A DNA stretch of 64,000 nucleotides from Alphaproteobacteria bacterium. GTDB taxonomy: Bacteria > Pseudomonadota > Alphaproteobacteria > UBA7879 > UBA5542. The DNA is taken from the NCBI GenBank assembly GCA_037146715.1, contig JBAWWO010000002.1, forward strand, positions 81,417-145,416, given 5' to 3'. The stretch's first letter is position 1, and each line of letters begins with the position of its first letter. Of this stretch, positions 39,575-49,599 are shown piece after piece. The translations under genes and the position numbers were made by a program. The notes beneath the pieces were generated by a model. The model was not told the origin of the DNA and ran no database searches. It saw nothing but the letters and a program-made list of their open reading frames with translations.

Positions 39575-40021
39575 CTATCCCTTTTTTTTAGAAGAAAGTA
39601 ATTTAGCAAAAATCTGATCTACAAACTCTGCCTCTTTTTCTTGCAACAACTTTAAAGTTTTATCCTGATTTTTTGCAATTGCTTCATCAAACAAAGCCAA
39701 TTCCTGCAACAGTTTTTTATGATGATTTTCCTTTAAGGCCTGAATTTCTGTATTCGTTTTGGCCATGGTTTCTTGGATGATTTTCTTTAGGCGCTCTTGA
39801 AATTGATCTTCCGCCAATTGAGCTTGATCCTTTAGCCGATCTGTTTCTTTTTTTAGAAATTCAATTTCTTTCAACTTTTCGTCGATTTCTAAAGATCGTT
39901 TTTGGAAAATCTTCTGAAAACGAGGTTCAATAACAAAATATATGCCTAAAAAAAGCAACACAAAGAATATGCATAGCCAAAAAAGTTGGGGAATATATAG
40001 GCTTATATCTAGCTGCGGCAT
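39575..40021 (-). CDS. atpF2: F0F1 ATP synthase subunit b-prime
   Basis: MPQLD...PQLFWL start typical of alphaproteobacterial b-prime. Confidence 0.85.
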   Translation of the reverse strand: MPQLDISLYIPQLFWLCIFFVLLFLGIYFVIEPRFQKIFQKRSLEIDEKLKEIEFLKKETDRLKDQAQLAEDQFQERLKKIIQETMAKTNTEIQALKENHHKKLLQELALFDEAIAKNQDKTLKLLQEKEAEFVDQIFAKLLSSKKKG

Positions 40022-40046
40022 TCTTAAAAACCGTCTTTAAGATTTC

Positions 40047-40271
40047 TTATTTAAACAAAATCAAGAAAGCAATAAGCAAAGCAAACAGGGCAACGGCTTC
40101 TGTTAAAGCAAACCCTAAAATACCGATGGAAAAAACATCCTTGCGGGCTTCTGGGTTGCGTGCAACCGAACTAATAAGGGTTGAAAAAATACTTCCAATA
40201 CCCAAACCAACCCCTAATAAAGGGAATACAGCAAGTCCGGCACCAATCATTCTAGCGGCTTCAGTTTCCAT
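40047..40271 (-). CDS. atpE: F0F1 ATP synthase subunit c
   Basis: 74-aa hairpin with ARNPE loop and LTEAVALF. Confidence 0.95.
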   Translation of the reverse strand: METEAARMIGAGLAVFPLLGVGLGIGSIFSTLISSVARNPEARKDVFSIGILGFALTEAVALFALLIAFLILFK

Positions 40272-40301
40272 TTGAATCTCCTTTTCTATACTGAATTTAT
40301 A

Positions 40302-41033
40302 TCACGAATGTAAGTAGATCGCATCATTTAAATACAAACACGTCAAGACAGAAAACACATAGGCCTGTAAAAATGAGACCAAGAATTCAAAGCCCATGAG
40401 CATACTATTTGCCAAAATTGTTGAAAACCCAAAGACCCCTAAACTTACGGTGAAAAGACCAAAAACCTTTAGCATGGTGTGCCCAGCCATCATATTCGCA
40501 AAAAGACGAATGGCAAGGCTAACGGGGCGGGAAAGAAAGGAAATAATCTCAATAGGAACAAGCAGGGGAGCCATAACCCATGGGGCGCCTTCAGGGAAAA
40601 AGATCGTTAAAAATTTAACCCCGTGATTCAGAACACCTACCAAAATCACCGTAAAAAAAACAATCAGAGCAAGACCAAAAGTTAAAACAATCTGACTGGT
40701 AAACGTAAAACTATATGGAATCATGCCCAAAAAATTCCCCATCAGAACGAAAAGAAACAAGGAAAAAACAAAGGGATGAAACTGCTTTCCGCGGCTTCCA
40801 ATATTTTCTTCCAGCATGTTGGCTACAAACTCATAACAAAGTTCAACAAAGGATTGTAACCTTCCGGGAATCGTTTGATTTTTAAGAGTTCCCAAAAATA
40901 ATAATATCAAAATTAAAAAGACCGCAATGCCCATAAACAGGGCCGAATTCGTGAAGGAAAGATCTATACCGAAAAATTCCAGAGGAATAAGCTTTTTAAC
41001 GACAAATTGTTTAAGAGGTGTTTCCATACACAA
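40302..41033 (-). CDS. atpB: F0F1 ATP synthase subunit a
   Basis: LAIRLFANMMAGH motif, multi-TM. Confidence 0.95.
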   Translation of the reverse strand: MCMETPLKQFVVKKLIPLEFFGIDLSFTNSALFMGIAVFLILILLFLGTLKNQTIPGRLQSFVELCYEFVANMLEENIGSRGKQFHPFVFSLFLFVLMGNFLGMIPYSFTFTSQIVLTFGLALIVFFTVILVGVLNHGVKFLTIFFPEGAPWVMAPLLVPIEIISFLSRPVSLAIRLFANMMAGHTMLKVFGLFTVSLGVFGFSTILANSMLMGFEFLVSFLQAYVFSVLTCLYLNDAIYLHS

Positions 41034-41034
41034 A

Positions 41035-41295
41035 TCACTTTTTAAATTTTTGTATTGTCAGCCCGTACCCAGCTTTACACAAACTCTTATAAACATTCAG
41101 CATGCCCGCAGTAGCCCCAAGCAAAAACCCAATGATCAAACCCCAGTGGGGGCAATTAAGCCACCGATCTAGCAAAAATCCCAGGCCTGTACCCACCACA
41201 ATACCCCCAATCATATCAGCGCTGGCTCTTAAGGCCATAGCATTAAAGGGCAAAGGTTCAGGTTGTGATTTTTTTTCTGTCATTTTGCTTTCCAA
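41035..41295 (-). CDS. atpI: AtpI/AtpZ-like ATP synthase protein I
   Basis: Small two-TM protein immediately upstream of atpB. GGIVVGTGLGFLLDRW pattern. Confidence 0.7.
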   Translation of the reverse strand: MESKMTEKKSQPEPLPFNAMALRASADMIGGIVVGTGLGFLLDRWLNCPHWGLIIGFLLGATAGMLNVYKSLCKAGYGLTIQKFKK

Positions 41296-41905
41296 ATGTT
41301 TCTAAGGGCTTCCCGCTTTTAACATGGTTTAAAGCATCTTGTATAACTTTTTTTAACTCAGCCCAAGATTCTAAACCATTGATGATCTGAGCCCCCACAA
41401 TAAAAACAGGAACACCGCTGATGTCGTATTTTTTTTCTCCTAAAAATCTGGATTGGATAATTTCGTCCAAAATAATTCTATTGTTCACAGATTGGACAAT
41501 TTCTGCCCTTGTCATTCCAGCACCAATCAGGATGTTCTTTGCTTGTTGCAAAGGATTCTTGGCTGAAGTCCACAAAAATTGGGAATCATAAATGATTTTT
41601 TGATATTTAGAGGGGCTCGAACTGCCCCGAATAATTTGGCTGATTTTCATATCTATATCGTTCAGGGGAAAATCTAATACAACTAGAATCACTTGCCCCG
41701 TTTGAATAAATTCTTTATCAAGCTGTGGAAAAATTTTTTCCATAAATTCCCCACAATAGTGGCAACTAGGGGATGTATACTGAATAATCTTAATGGGGGC
41801 GTTCTCTTGCCCATAATAGATATCGTGTTTTTTGGGTAGCGCGGTAGCTCCTGCTCCCATCGCTGAAAGCAAGAAAAAAACAAACAGAAAAAAACATCGT
41901 TTCAT
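41258..41905 (-). CDS. DsbA-family thiol:disulfide oxidoreductase
   Basis: Signal peptide, CHYC active site (SPSCHYCGEF), thioredoxin fold. Its 3-prime end overlaps the atpI ORF by 38 nt. Confidence 0.8.
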   Translation of the reverse strand: MKRCFFLFVFFLLSAMGAGATALPKKHDIYYGQENAPIKIIQYTSPSCHYCGEFMEKIFPQLDKEFIQTGQVILVVLDFPLNDIDMKISQIIRGSSSPSKYQKIIYDSQFLWTSAKNPLQQAKNILIGAGMTRAEIVQSVNNRIILDEIIQSRFLGEKKYDISGVPVFIVGAQIINGLESWAELKKVIQDALNHVKSGKPLETFGKQNDRKKITT

Positions 41906-41927
41906 TAATTAAAAAAACCTAACTTTT

Positions 41928-43400
41928 TTAGTTAGCCGAATTTGGCATCATTTTTTCTTTATATTCTTGCACAAGTTCTTTCAGCAAGGGCTTCATGTAT
42001 TTTGTTTGGTACTTCAAAAGTTTAAGAGGATCCTTCCCAAAAACAGTTGGAACCAACAATACATCTATCAGTTTTTCTTTGGTCCCAAAAGTCTTAAGAA
42101 GAGAATTTTTCAAAATAACAAAAACATCCTTCAATTTCTCTGCATTAATTTTATCATCCTCACTTTTAGCATAAGCATCAATATAACCCTTCAAGAAAGG
42201 CTTTATAATCAGTTGATGCCATTCTTCCGTTGGAATATCACCCTTTGCATATTGATGTTTTTTTCTATTGATAGCCGCAAAAATATAAAACTTTCTAAGG
42301 TCTGCCCCTACGTATCTTGGCTTATTTAATGCTAGGGCCATTGTTTCAGCATCAATAAAGGTAACCGCATTGTGATTTTTTGTATCAATGAAAATGTTAT
42401 TCGAATGCATATCCCCATGAACAGCCGTTGAAAAGCCAGTCAAGTGACCGTTTTTTTCTGTCATGCCAAATAGATGAAACTTACCCAACTGATGACCAAA
42501 ATCATACATTATTTTGGGAAGATCTTTTTTCTGTTTCATATAATTTATTCTTTTTTCCATGTCTTTGTCAGAAGGTGTGGCAACAGAAAAGGCACCGTAG
42601 TTGTCAGCGAAACTTTGCAGTATTTTTATAAGTTGTTCCCCGGGAGCTGCGGGAAGAACTGCTACTGTATGGAGTTTTCCATTTGGATCTCTGTAAGTTG
42701 AAAAAATAACATTTAACGCAATAAAAGGCATTCCCGTAAATGCATTTGGTCCATCAGGATTCAAAATGAACTCTTTAAGGGAGCTTTTTTTAATAATTCC
42801 AATGTTGCTAGTTTCACCAATGCTCTTCTTTAATTCTTTAACAATATATTTAACATCGCCCTTAACATCTTTTACAATAAACAATTGGAGAGTTTGAGCA
42901 CCTCCACCCCCTACAGCATAAGAAGCATAATTATCGTCAAAGTCTTTTATTTTTCCCTTCTTTTTTAAGATCCTTAAAACAGTTGTAATATAGTCTGCAT
43001 TCGTTACATCAGCTGCCTTTACAACAGAAACTTCGTTTACAAGGCTTTCTAGGATAGTTGGAAAACTACTTTTCTCTTCCAAGCCAAATGATTGCCGAAT
43101 ATTATCTATAATTTCTACAGTGCATTTCTGATCTTCTTTACAGACTGAAATACTGTTGTTTTCATAACTGAAGGTTCCATCTTTTTTCAAAGAATGTTTG
43201 ACTAAACAGCACTTACAAGAATTTAGCTGCATATCTTCTGACCATTTCCAATTAGAGGCTTTACAACTAGTGCTACGAGTCATAATTTTTTGAACACCCC
43301 CAATTTCAACAACCGCTGTACCAGAGCGGGTTATTCTAAAAGAATGGGCATTGAAAAAAAATGTTGCGAAGGCAACTAAAATAGCCAAAAATGAAGTCAT
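41928..43400 (-). CDS. exported protein-kinase-like (APH/choline-kinase fold) protein with Cys-rich N-domain
   Basis: AGGAGA lies 5 nt before the ATG. Signal peptide MTSFLAILVAFATFFFNAHS. There are 7 Cys within about 50 aa. GGGGAQ loop, YIVKELK lysine, HGDMHSNNIFID catalytic loop (42384-42419) and FIDAE. Confidence 0.7.
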   Translation of the reverse strand: MTSFLAILVAFATFFFNAHSFRITRSGTAVVEIGGVQKIMTRSTSCKASNWKWSEDMQLNSCKCCLVKHSLKKDGTFSYENNSISVCKEDQKCTVEIIDNIRQSFGLEEKSSFPTILESLVNEVSVVKAADVTNADYITTVLRILKKKGKIKDFDDNYASYAVGGGGAQTLQLFIVKDVKGDVKYIVKELKKSIGETSNIGIIKKSSLKEFILNPDGPNAFTGMPFIALNVIFSTYRDPNGKLHTVAVLPAAPGEQLIKILQSFADNYGAFSVATPSDKDMEKRINYMKQKKDLPKIMYDFGHQLGKFHLFGMTEKNGHLTGFSTAVHGDMHSNNIFIDTKNHNAVTFIDAETMALALNKPRYVGADLRKFYIFAAINRKKHQYAKGDIPTEEWHQLIIKPFLKGYIDAYAKSEDDKINAEKLKDVFVILKNSLLKTFGTKEKLIDVLLVPTVFGKDPLKLLKYQTKYMKPLLKELVQEYKEKMMPNSAN

Positions 43401-43443
43401 GGTACTCTCCTGATTATTATTATTTAGTATCATAATAGAAAAA

Positions 43444-44772
43444 CTAAATTTTCGTCAATGTTTTTGGGGTTTTATCTAGAAATTCGACCTCTTCAATCTC
43501 TTCAGCTGGGGAACTGGCCCCCAATTCCTTAAACTTACGGGCAGAAACCAAGACCCGCCGTTCCAAAGTTCCCAGCGTATGGTTATAGGAATCAACGGCA
43601 CTTCCCAAATGTTTGCCAACCTTTGTGAAGTGATCCCCCATATCGGCCAATCTTTTGTACATTTCTTTTCCTAGTTCGCTAATTTCTTTTGCATTACGGG
43701 TTAGAACTTCTTGCCGCCAGCCGTAGGACGCAGCCCTTAGCAAAGCAATCAATGTTGTTGGGGTGGCCAAGATAACCTTTTGCTCTGCCCCCAACTCAAT
43801 CAAGGTTGGGTCTTGTTCCAGGGCTGCACTAAAAAAAGTTTCCCCTGGCAAAAACAATACCACAAATTCAGGGGATGATTCAAACTTATCCCAATAAGCC
43901 TTAGATGCCAGAGCTAAAATATGAGTCCGCACTTGTTTGGCATGTTGCTTCAATTTTTGATTTTTCGTTTCTATATCTTTGGCTTCCAAGGCCTCAAGAT
44001 ATGCATGCAGGGGTGCTTTAGCATCCACAATAATGCTTTTATTCCCGGGCAGATTAATGATCATATCGGGCCTTAAAAGACCATCTTCTGTACGCTGAGA
44101 ATTCTGTTCAAAGAAGTCACAATGAGATAACATTCCCGCCATCTCAACGACCCGACGCAATTGCATTTCCCCCCAGCGGCCCCGAACAGAAGGCGTTTTC
44201 AAGGCATGAACCAGATTGGTCGTTTCTTCCTTTAATTCTTTTTGAGATGAAATTAAATCAGACACCTGTTGTTTTAACCCATCATAAGCGGTCAGTCTGA
44301 TCTTTTCTAAGTCTTGGAGTTTTTGGTCAACCCCCGTCAGCGCTTGTTTAACGGGATGCAAAATGTCCACAATAGCTTTTTGTCGGTTATCTAAATCTCC
44401 ACGAGCTGATTCCTGAAACTTTTCCAAAGTTGTTTTGGCTAAATCCAAAAAAGATTGATTGTTGGCTCGTAAGGCATCTGTTGAGAGAACTTTGAAAGAA
44501 TTTTCCAGCTCTTTTTTTGCCCGATCCAATAGTTCAATTTTTTCTTCAAAAGATTTTCGTTCCTGAAAAAGGGTCGTCTTCAGTTCAGCGTTATAGGTTT
44601 TTAAGGAAACTAATTCCTGATGAATATGGTTATTTTCTGTTTCTAAAATCCCGATTCTTTCTTTCAAAAGACCGCTCAGATTATCATTCGCTGGGCGACG
44701 AATTTTTCCAACAATATAAAAGGCAACGCCTAAAATACCAACGCCCATACATACAAAAATAAGTGTTTCCAT
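43444..44772 (-). CDS. rmuC: DNA recombination protein RmuC
   Basis: N-terminal TM, coiled coil, GRWGEMQLRRVVE and a nuclease-like C-domain. The start is taken at METLIF. Confidence 0.9.
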   Translation of the reverse strand: METLIFVCMGVGILGVAFYIVGKIRRPANDNLSGLLKERIGILETENNHIHQELVSLKTYNAELKTTLFQERKSFEEKIELLDRAKKELENSFKVLSTDALRANNQSFLDLAKTTLEKFQESARGDLDNRQKAIVDILHPVKQALTGVDQKLQDLEKIRLTAYDGLKQQVSDLISSQKELKEETTNLVHALKTPSVRGRWGEMQLRRVVEMAGMLSHCDFFEQNSQRTEDGLLRPDMIINLPGNKSIIVDAKAPLHAYLEALEAKDIETKNQKLKQHAKQVRTHILALASKAYWDKFESSPEFVVLFLPGETFFSAALEQDPTLIELGAEQKVILATPTTLIALLRAASYGWRQEVLTRNAKEISELGKEMYKRLADMGDHFTKVGKHLGSAVDSYNHTLGTLERRVLVSARKFKELGASSPAEEIEEVEFLDKTPKTLTKI

Positions 44773-44853
44773 TGTTCTCTCTTTTCCAGGTATTGTACTA
44801 TATACTAAAACCAGATACATTTCACCTATAGGGGAAAAATAAGGACATAATAT

Positions 44854-46107
44854 ATGACACAAACTCTGATCCAAGCTTTTTTAGGAATGCTCGCTTTCGT
44901 TGTGATTTGCTGGTTGATTAGCGAGAATAAAAAACAAATTCACCTTAAACAAGTAGGCTTTGGCTTAGGTATTCAGATCATCATTGCGGCAGCTATTTTG
45001 CATCTACCCTTTATTCGGTGTGGGTTTCATTATGTAGCCCAAGGGGTTGTGGCAGTCAAAGAAGCCACGCTTAAGGGAACCACATTTGTGTTTGGTTTTT
45101 TGGGTGGCGGAGACATTCCCTTTGATGTGAAGGGCAGCACCTTTATTTTCGCTTTTCAAGCCTTACCCATGATCATTGTAGTGAGCGCCCTTTCCATGTT
45201 GCTATTTCATCTAAGAATCCTACCCCTTTTTGTGCGCGGCGTTTCCTGGATCATGCGTCGGTCCATGGGCATTGGGGGGGCCTTGGGTGTGTGTGCGGCT
45301 GCAAAGGTTTTCTTGGGCCAAACAGATGCCCCCTTGTTGATTCGACCCTATTTAAAAAATATGTCTCGCAGTGAGATTTTTTCTGTTATGTGCATGGGGT
45401 TTTCGACAACGTCTGCCACCATCATGGGTCTTTACGCCATGGTCATTGAAAAAAGCGTTCCTGATTCCATGGTGCATATTTTGACTGCGTCCATTATCAG
45501 TGTTCCTGCAGCCATTACCTTATCACGAATTGTGGTGCCAAACACAACGTTGACTGAGGGGAAAGTTGTCATGCCCTATACTTTTTCTGGGTCTATGGAT
45601 GCCATATCAAAGGGTACAAGTGATGGCATGAAATTGTTTGTCAGCATCATTGCCATGCTGATCGTTTTTGTAGCCCTTGTAGCCTTGGGTAATAAAATTT
45701 TAGGAGTGTTTCCTGATTTTTATGGAGAGCCCATTACCTTACAACGAACCCTAGGATTTCTAATGGCGCCTATTGCATGGCTTATGGGAATTCCCTGGGC
45801 TGAATCGCTAACGGCTGGTAGTCTTTTGGGCGTTAAAACCGTTTTGAATGAATTCTACGCCTTCACAGAACTCGCCCAGGTTAAAACCGATTCTTTAAGT
45901 GAACACAACCGCATCATTATGACCTATGCCCTGTGTGGTTTTGCCAATATCAGCAGCATTGGTATTATGATTGGGGGGCTTGGAATCCTTGCCCCCGATA
46001 AAAGAGATGAAATCGTTTCGTTAAGCTTTAAGGCTTTAGCTGTTGGAACATTAGCGTCTTGCCTTAGCGGAACCATCATTGGCATTCTTATGAAGCTTCA
46101 GGGATAA
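44854..46107 (+). CDS. NupC-family concentrative nucleoside transporter
   Basis: Multi-TM protein with the N- and C-terminal nucleoside-transporter pattern (GTTFVFGFLGG..., ...CGFANISSIGI). Confidence 0.85.
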   Translation: MTQTLIQAFLGMLAFVVICWLISENKKQIHLKQVGFGLGIQIIIAAAILHLPFIRCGFHYVAQGVVAVKEATLKGTTFVFGFLGGGDIPFDVKGSTFIFAFQALPMIIVVSALSMLLFHLRILPLFVRGVSWIMRRSMGIGGALGVCAAAKVFLGQTDAPLLIRPYLKNMSRSEIFSVMCMGFSTTSATIMGLYAMVIEKSVPDSMVHILTASIISVPAAITLSRIVVPNTTLTEGKVVMPYTFSGSMDAISKGTSDGMKLFVSIIAMLIVFVALVALGNKILGVFPDFYGEPITLQRTLGFLMAPIAWLMGIPWAESLTAGSLLGVKTVLNEFYAFTELAQVKTDSLSEHNRIIMTYALCGFANISSIGIMIGGLGILAPDKRDEIVSLSFKALAVGTLASCLSGTIIGILMKLQG

Positions 46108-46109
46108 AA

Positions 46110-48095
46110 GTGATTGCCTTTAAACTTCAGTCTTCCTTTCAGCCGGCAGGCGACCAAATACAAGCCATTAAAGAGCTTACAGAAAACCTGAACCAAAAAG
46201 AACACAATCAGGTTCTGCTGGGGGTTACTGGATCAGGTAAAACATTTACGGCGGCCCACGTTATTCAAAACATTCAAAAACCAGCGTTGATTATGGCCCC
46301 AAATAAAACTTTGGCAGCCCAACTTTATGAGGAAATGAGAGGGCTTTTTCCTGATAATGCTGTTGAATATTTTGTGTCGTATTATGACTATTATCAGCCC
46401 GAAGCCTATGTTCCCCGGCGCGATCTTTATATAGAAAAAGAAGCCACCATCAACGAAGAAATTGATCGTATGCGGCACAGTGCCACCCGATCTTTGCTGG
46501 AAAGACGAGACGCCATTATTGTTGCTAGTGTGTCCTGTATTTATGGACTGGGGGATGTGGAATCTTATAGTCGTATGATTGTAACGCTGACCCAAAACAC
46601 AACCTTTGACCGCCGTGAATTATTCAGATCTTTTGCTGAATTGCAGTATGAAAGAAATGATATGGATTTTCACCGGGGCACCTTTCGGGTACGGGGCGAT
46701 ATGGTCGAAATTTTTCCCTCCCACTTAGAAGACAGGGCCTGGCGGCTTTCTTTTTTTGATGATTTGATTGAATTCATTCATGAAATAGACCCCTTAACAG
46801 GCAAAAAACTATCTGAACTTTCTTCTGTGTCCCTATACCCCAACAGCCACTATGTGACCCCAAAACCAACGATAGCTCAAGCCATTAAGCAAATTCAACA
46901 GGATCTGCAGATCCGCCTAAAAGAGTTTGAATCGCAAAATAAATTGATTGAAGCCCAACGACTGCGCGAACGCGTAACCTTTGATCTGGAAATGTTGCAA
47001 ACGACAGGAATGTGTGCGGGAATTGAAAACTATTCTCGCTATCTAACAGGGCGACTGCCAGGCCAACCGCCGCCAACTCTATTTGACTATTTGCCCAAGG
47101 ATGGTCTGTTGATTGTGGATGAAAGCCACATCAGTATTCCCCAGGTTCAAGGAATGTATCGGGGCGATCAACAAAGGAAATCGAACCTATCGGAATACGG
47201 ATTTCGCTTGCCTGCCTGTATGGATAACAGGCCCCTGAAATTTGAAGAATGGGATGCCATTCGCCCCCAAACCATTTTTGTGTCGGCCACCCCTGCTCCT
47301 TGGGAAATGGCCCAAACCCACGGTGTTTATACCGAGCAAGTTATTAGGCCCACAGGTCTTTTGGACCCTATCTGCATTATTCACCCAACGGAAAATCAGG
47401 TAGACCATTTAATTGCAGAATGTTTGGAAAATGCAAAAAAAAATGAACGGGTTTTGGTTACAACACTCACTAAAAAAATGGCGGAAGCGCTCACAAATTA
47501 TCTATCCGAAGCGGGGCTGAAAGTTCAATATATTCATTCAGACGTTGATACCATGGAACGCATTGATATTATTCGTAATCTGCGGTTAGGTGTTTTTGAT
47601 GTACTGGTGGGGATCAACCTGTTGCGGGAAGGACTTGATATTCCTGAGTGTTCCCTGGTTGCTATTTTGGATGCGGATAAAGAAGGATTTTTGCGGTCAA
47701 AAACGTCCCTTATTCAAACGATTGGGCGGGCCGCCAGAAATGTGAATGGACGGGTTATTTTGTATGCTGACCGGATGACAAAATCTATGGAAGGTGCCAT
47801 TGGGGAAAATAACCGTCGTCGGGAAAAGCAAGAGCAATACAATATCCTTAACAACATTACCCCGGCCTCTATTAAGAAAAATATTACGAGTATTTTAAAC
47901 AGTCCCTATGAGCAAGATCATGTGACGGTCAGTCTGTTTGGCGAAAAAATGTTGACGGGGAAAAAGTTGAAAGCTCATCTGAAAACGTTGACAAAACAAA
48001 TGCATGCGGCAGCCCTGGATTTAGACTTTGAAACAGCGGCTCGCTTAAGGGATGAAATACGCCACCTTGAAAAAGAAGATTTAAAAATTAGTTGA
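46110..48095 (+). CDS. uvrB: excinuclease ABC subunit B
   Basis: GVTGSGKTFT, DESH, helicase motifs and a C-terminal UVR domain (LDFETAARLRDEI). GTG start. Confidence 0.97.
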   Translation: MIAFKLQSSFQPAGDQIQAIKELTENLNQKEHNQVLLGVTGSGKTFTAAHVIQNIQKPALIMAPNKTLAAQLYEEMRGLFPDNAVEYFVSYYDYYQPEAYVPRRDLYIEKEATINEEIDRMRHSATRSLLERRDAIIVASVSCIYGLGDVESYSRMIVTLTQNTTFDRRELFRSFAELQYERNDMDFHRGTFRVRGDMVEIFPSHLEDRAWRLSFFDDLIEFIHEIDPLTGKKLSELSSVSLYPNSHYVTPKPTIAQAIKQIQQDLQIRLKEFESQNKLIEAQRLRERVTFDLEMLQTTGMCAGIENYSRYLTGRLPGQPPPTLFDYLPKDGLLIVDESHISIPQVQGMYRGDQQRKSNLSEYGFRLPACMDNRPLKFEEWDAIRPQTIFVSATPAPWEMAQTHGVYTEQVIRPTGLLDPICIIHPTENQVDHLIAECLENAKKNERVLVTTLTKKMAEALTNYLSEAGLKVQYIHSDVDTMERIDIIRNLRLGVFDVLVGINLLREGLDIPECSLVAILDADKEGFLRSKTSLIQTIGRAARNVNGRVILYADRMTKSMEGAIGENNRRREKQEQYNILNNITPASIKKNITSILNSPYEQDHVTVSLFGEKMLTGKKLKAHLKTLTKQMHAAALDLDFETAARLRDEIRHLEKEDLKIS

Positions 48096-48107
48096 ACCAG
48101 TTCTATT

Positions 48108-48270
48108 GATTCCCTCGGGTGCGGAACGCAGGCCCGTTAGGTTAGCAGAAGAAGTAAGGCGTGGGTCCTCGGGTCAAGCCCGAGGAATTCAAGGGTGGGG
48201 CAAGGAAGGCAAAAAAAGGAAGCTGGATCCCCACGTCGGTCTTGCGACCTCCTCGGGATGACGGGAATGG
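48108..48270. repeat. mosaic palindromic repeat element (inverted relative to the 18339-18612 copy)
   Basis: 48117-48185 is the reverse complement of 18460-18528 with 3 mismatches over 69 nt. The hairpin CCTCGGGTCAAGCCCGAGG lies at 48167-48185. Confidence 0.8.
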
Positions 48271-48522
48271 TGGAATTGTGCCAAAACCTCTTCCAAAAAA
48301 TAAAATTCTGGGCTATTTAGTGTTCTAGTTATTTATAATTTCTGTATTATGCATATGTTGCATACCAGGTATTTGATATTTGATATACCAGATCGCGGAT
48401 AAGTATCTTATATTCCCCTTAGAGTTTGCCGAAAGGTAGTAAGATTCTGAACGCAAAGTTCAGAGCTGAGGATGAAAATCCTTAGTACGTCTTCCCAGAC
48501 GTAAAGCCTCCCTGTTAAAAAA

Positions 48523-48552
48523 AGAGCCGATGTAACAATCGGCTCTTTTTTA
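48523..48552 (+). terminator. rho-independent (bidirectional-looking) terminator
   Basis: AGAGCCGAT-GTAACA-ATCGGCTCT stem-loop, flanked by an A-run upstream and TTTTTTATT downstream. Confidence 0.85.
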
Positions 48553-48608
48553 TTATCTGTGTCATTTTTCCATCTTTGGTATTATCCAATTTCTGTTATT
48601 AATAGAAA

Positions 48609-49550
48609 ATGACCAAAAATATTTTAATCATTAAGCACGGCGCCCTGGGGGATTTGATTTTTGCTGCTGGCGCTTTTAAGGCTATTCGTGCCTATCACAA
48701 AAATGATCATGTGGTTTTACTGACTTCATCTCCTTTTAAACAGATGATGGAGTCGTCACCCTATTTCGATGAAGTGTGGGTTGATGATAGGCCCCGTCTT
48801 TGGACGCATCCTTTGAAATGTGTTCGTCTTTTCCAACAATTGAAACAGGCCAATTTTGACCAAGTTTATGATTTGCAAAGATCTAAGAGAACGTCTTGGT
48901 ATTTTAGAGTTATGGAATGGTTTTTTAGGGCTATGCCAAAATGGTCAGGCACTATGAAGGGGTGTGCTTTCCCATATCTTATTAAAAGCAAATATGAAAA
49001 ACATATTATTACGATGAATCAGGAACAGCTGGAGAAAGCCCATATAAAAAATGTTCCCTTACCAAATCTTGACTGGATGAAAGCCCCCATTAGTGGCCTA
49101 CAATTGCCTAAAAAATATTTCTTATTGGTTCCAGGGTGTTCCCCAACCCAACCTCATAAAAGATGGAATGCGCAGGGATATGCTGCGGTTGCAACTTATT
49201 TGAAAGAAAAAAAAATTACCCCCATTATTTTAGGCACCAAGGATGAAAAAGAAGTCATTGATCGCCTTGTGAAATTGGCCCCCTATTGCCTTAATTTAAT
49301 GGGAAAAACTTCTTTATTTCAAATTGCAGAATTGGGACGTCATGCGGTAGGCGCCCTAGGCCACGATACGGGCCCCATGCATATTTTAGTTTATGTGGGG
49401 TGCCCCAGTCTTCTTCTTTTTTCCTATTCTTCAGGGCTTGACTTGTGTGGCCCCTTGATGCCCCAAAGCCATGCTATTCAGCGCGCTAATTTGCAAGATT
49501 TGACATCCGAAGAAGTGATTAAGTATCTGAAACTATCCTCCCCTTCTTGA
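48609..49550 (+). CDS. glycosyltransferase family 9 (heptosyltransferase-like)
   Basis: ILIIKHGALGDLIF start and the C-terminal GHDTGPMHI motif typical of GT9. Confidence 0.85.
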   Translation: MTKNILIIKHGALGDLIFAAGAFKAIRAYHKNDHVVLLTSSPFKQMMESSPYFDEVWVDDRPRLWTHPLKCVRLFQQLKQANFDQVYDLQRSKRTSWYFRVMEWFFRAMPKWSGTMKGCAFPYLIKSKYEKHIITMNQEQLEKAHIKNVPLPNLDWMKAPISGLQLPKKYFLLVPGCSPTQPHKRWNAQGYAAVATYLKEKKITPIILGTKDEKEVIDRLVKLAPYCLNLMGKTSLFQIAELGRHAVGALGHDTGPMHILVYVGCPSLLLFSYSSGLDLCGPLMPQSHAIQRANLQDLTSEEVIKYLKLSSPS

Positions 49551-49599
49551 AATTTGTTCTAAGAATACCTATCTGAAACTCAGGTAGGAGATTTTTAGA

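Noticed and set aside
48350-48404. 17-codon mini-ORF (MHMLHTRYLIFDIPDRG) in the uvrB-GT9 spacer
   Set aside because: It has no ribosome-binding site and overlaps the predicted promoter and first hairpin of the candidate RNA. Nothing supports it as a coding sequence.
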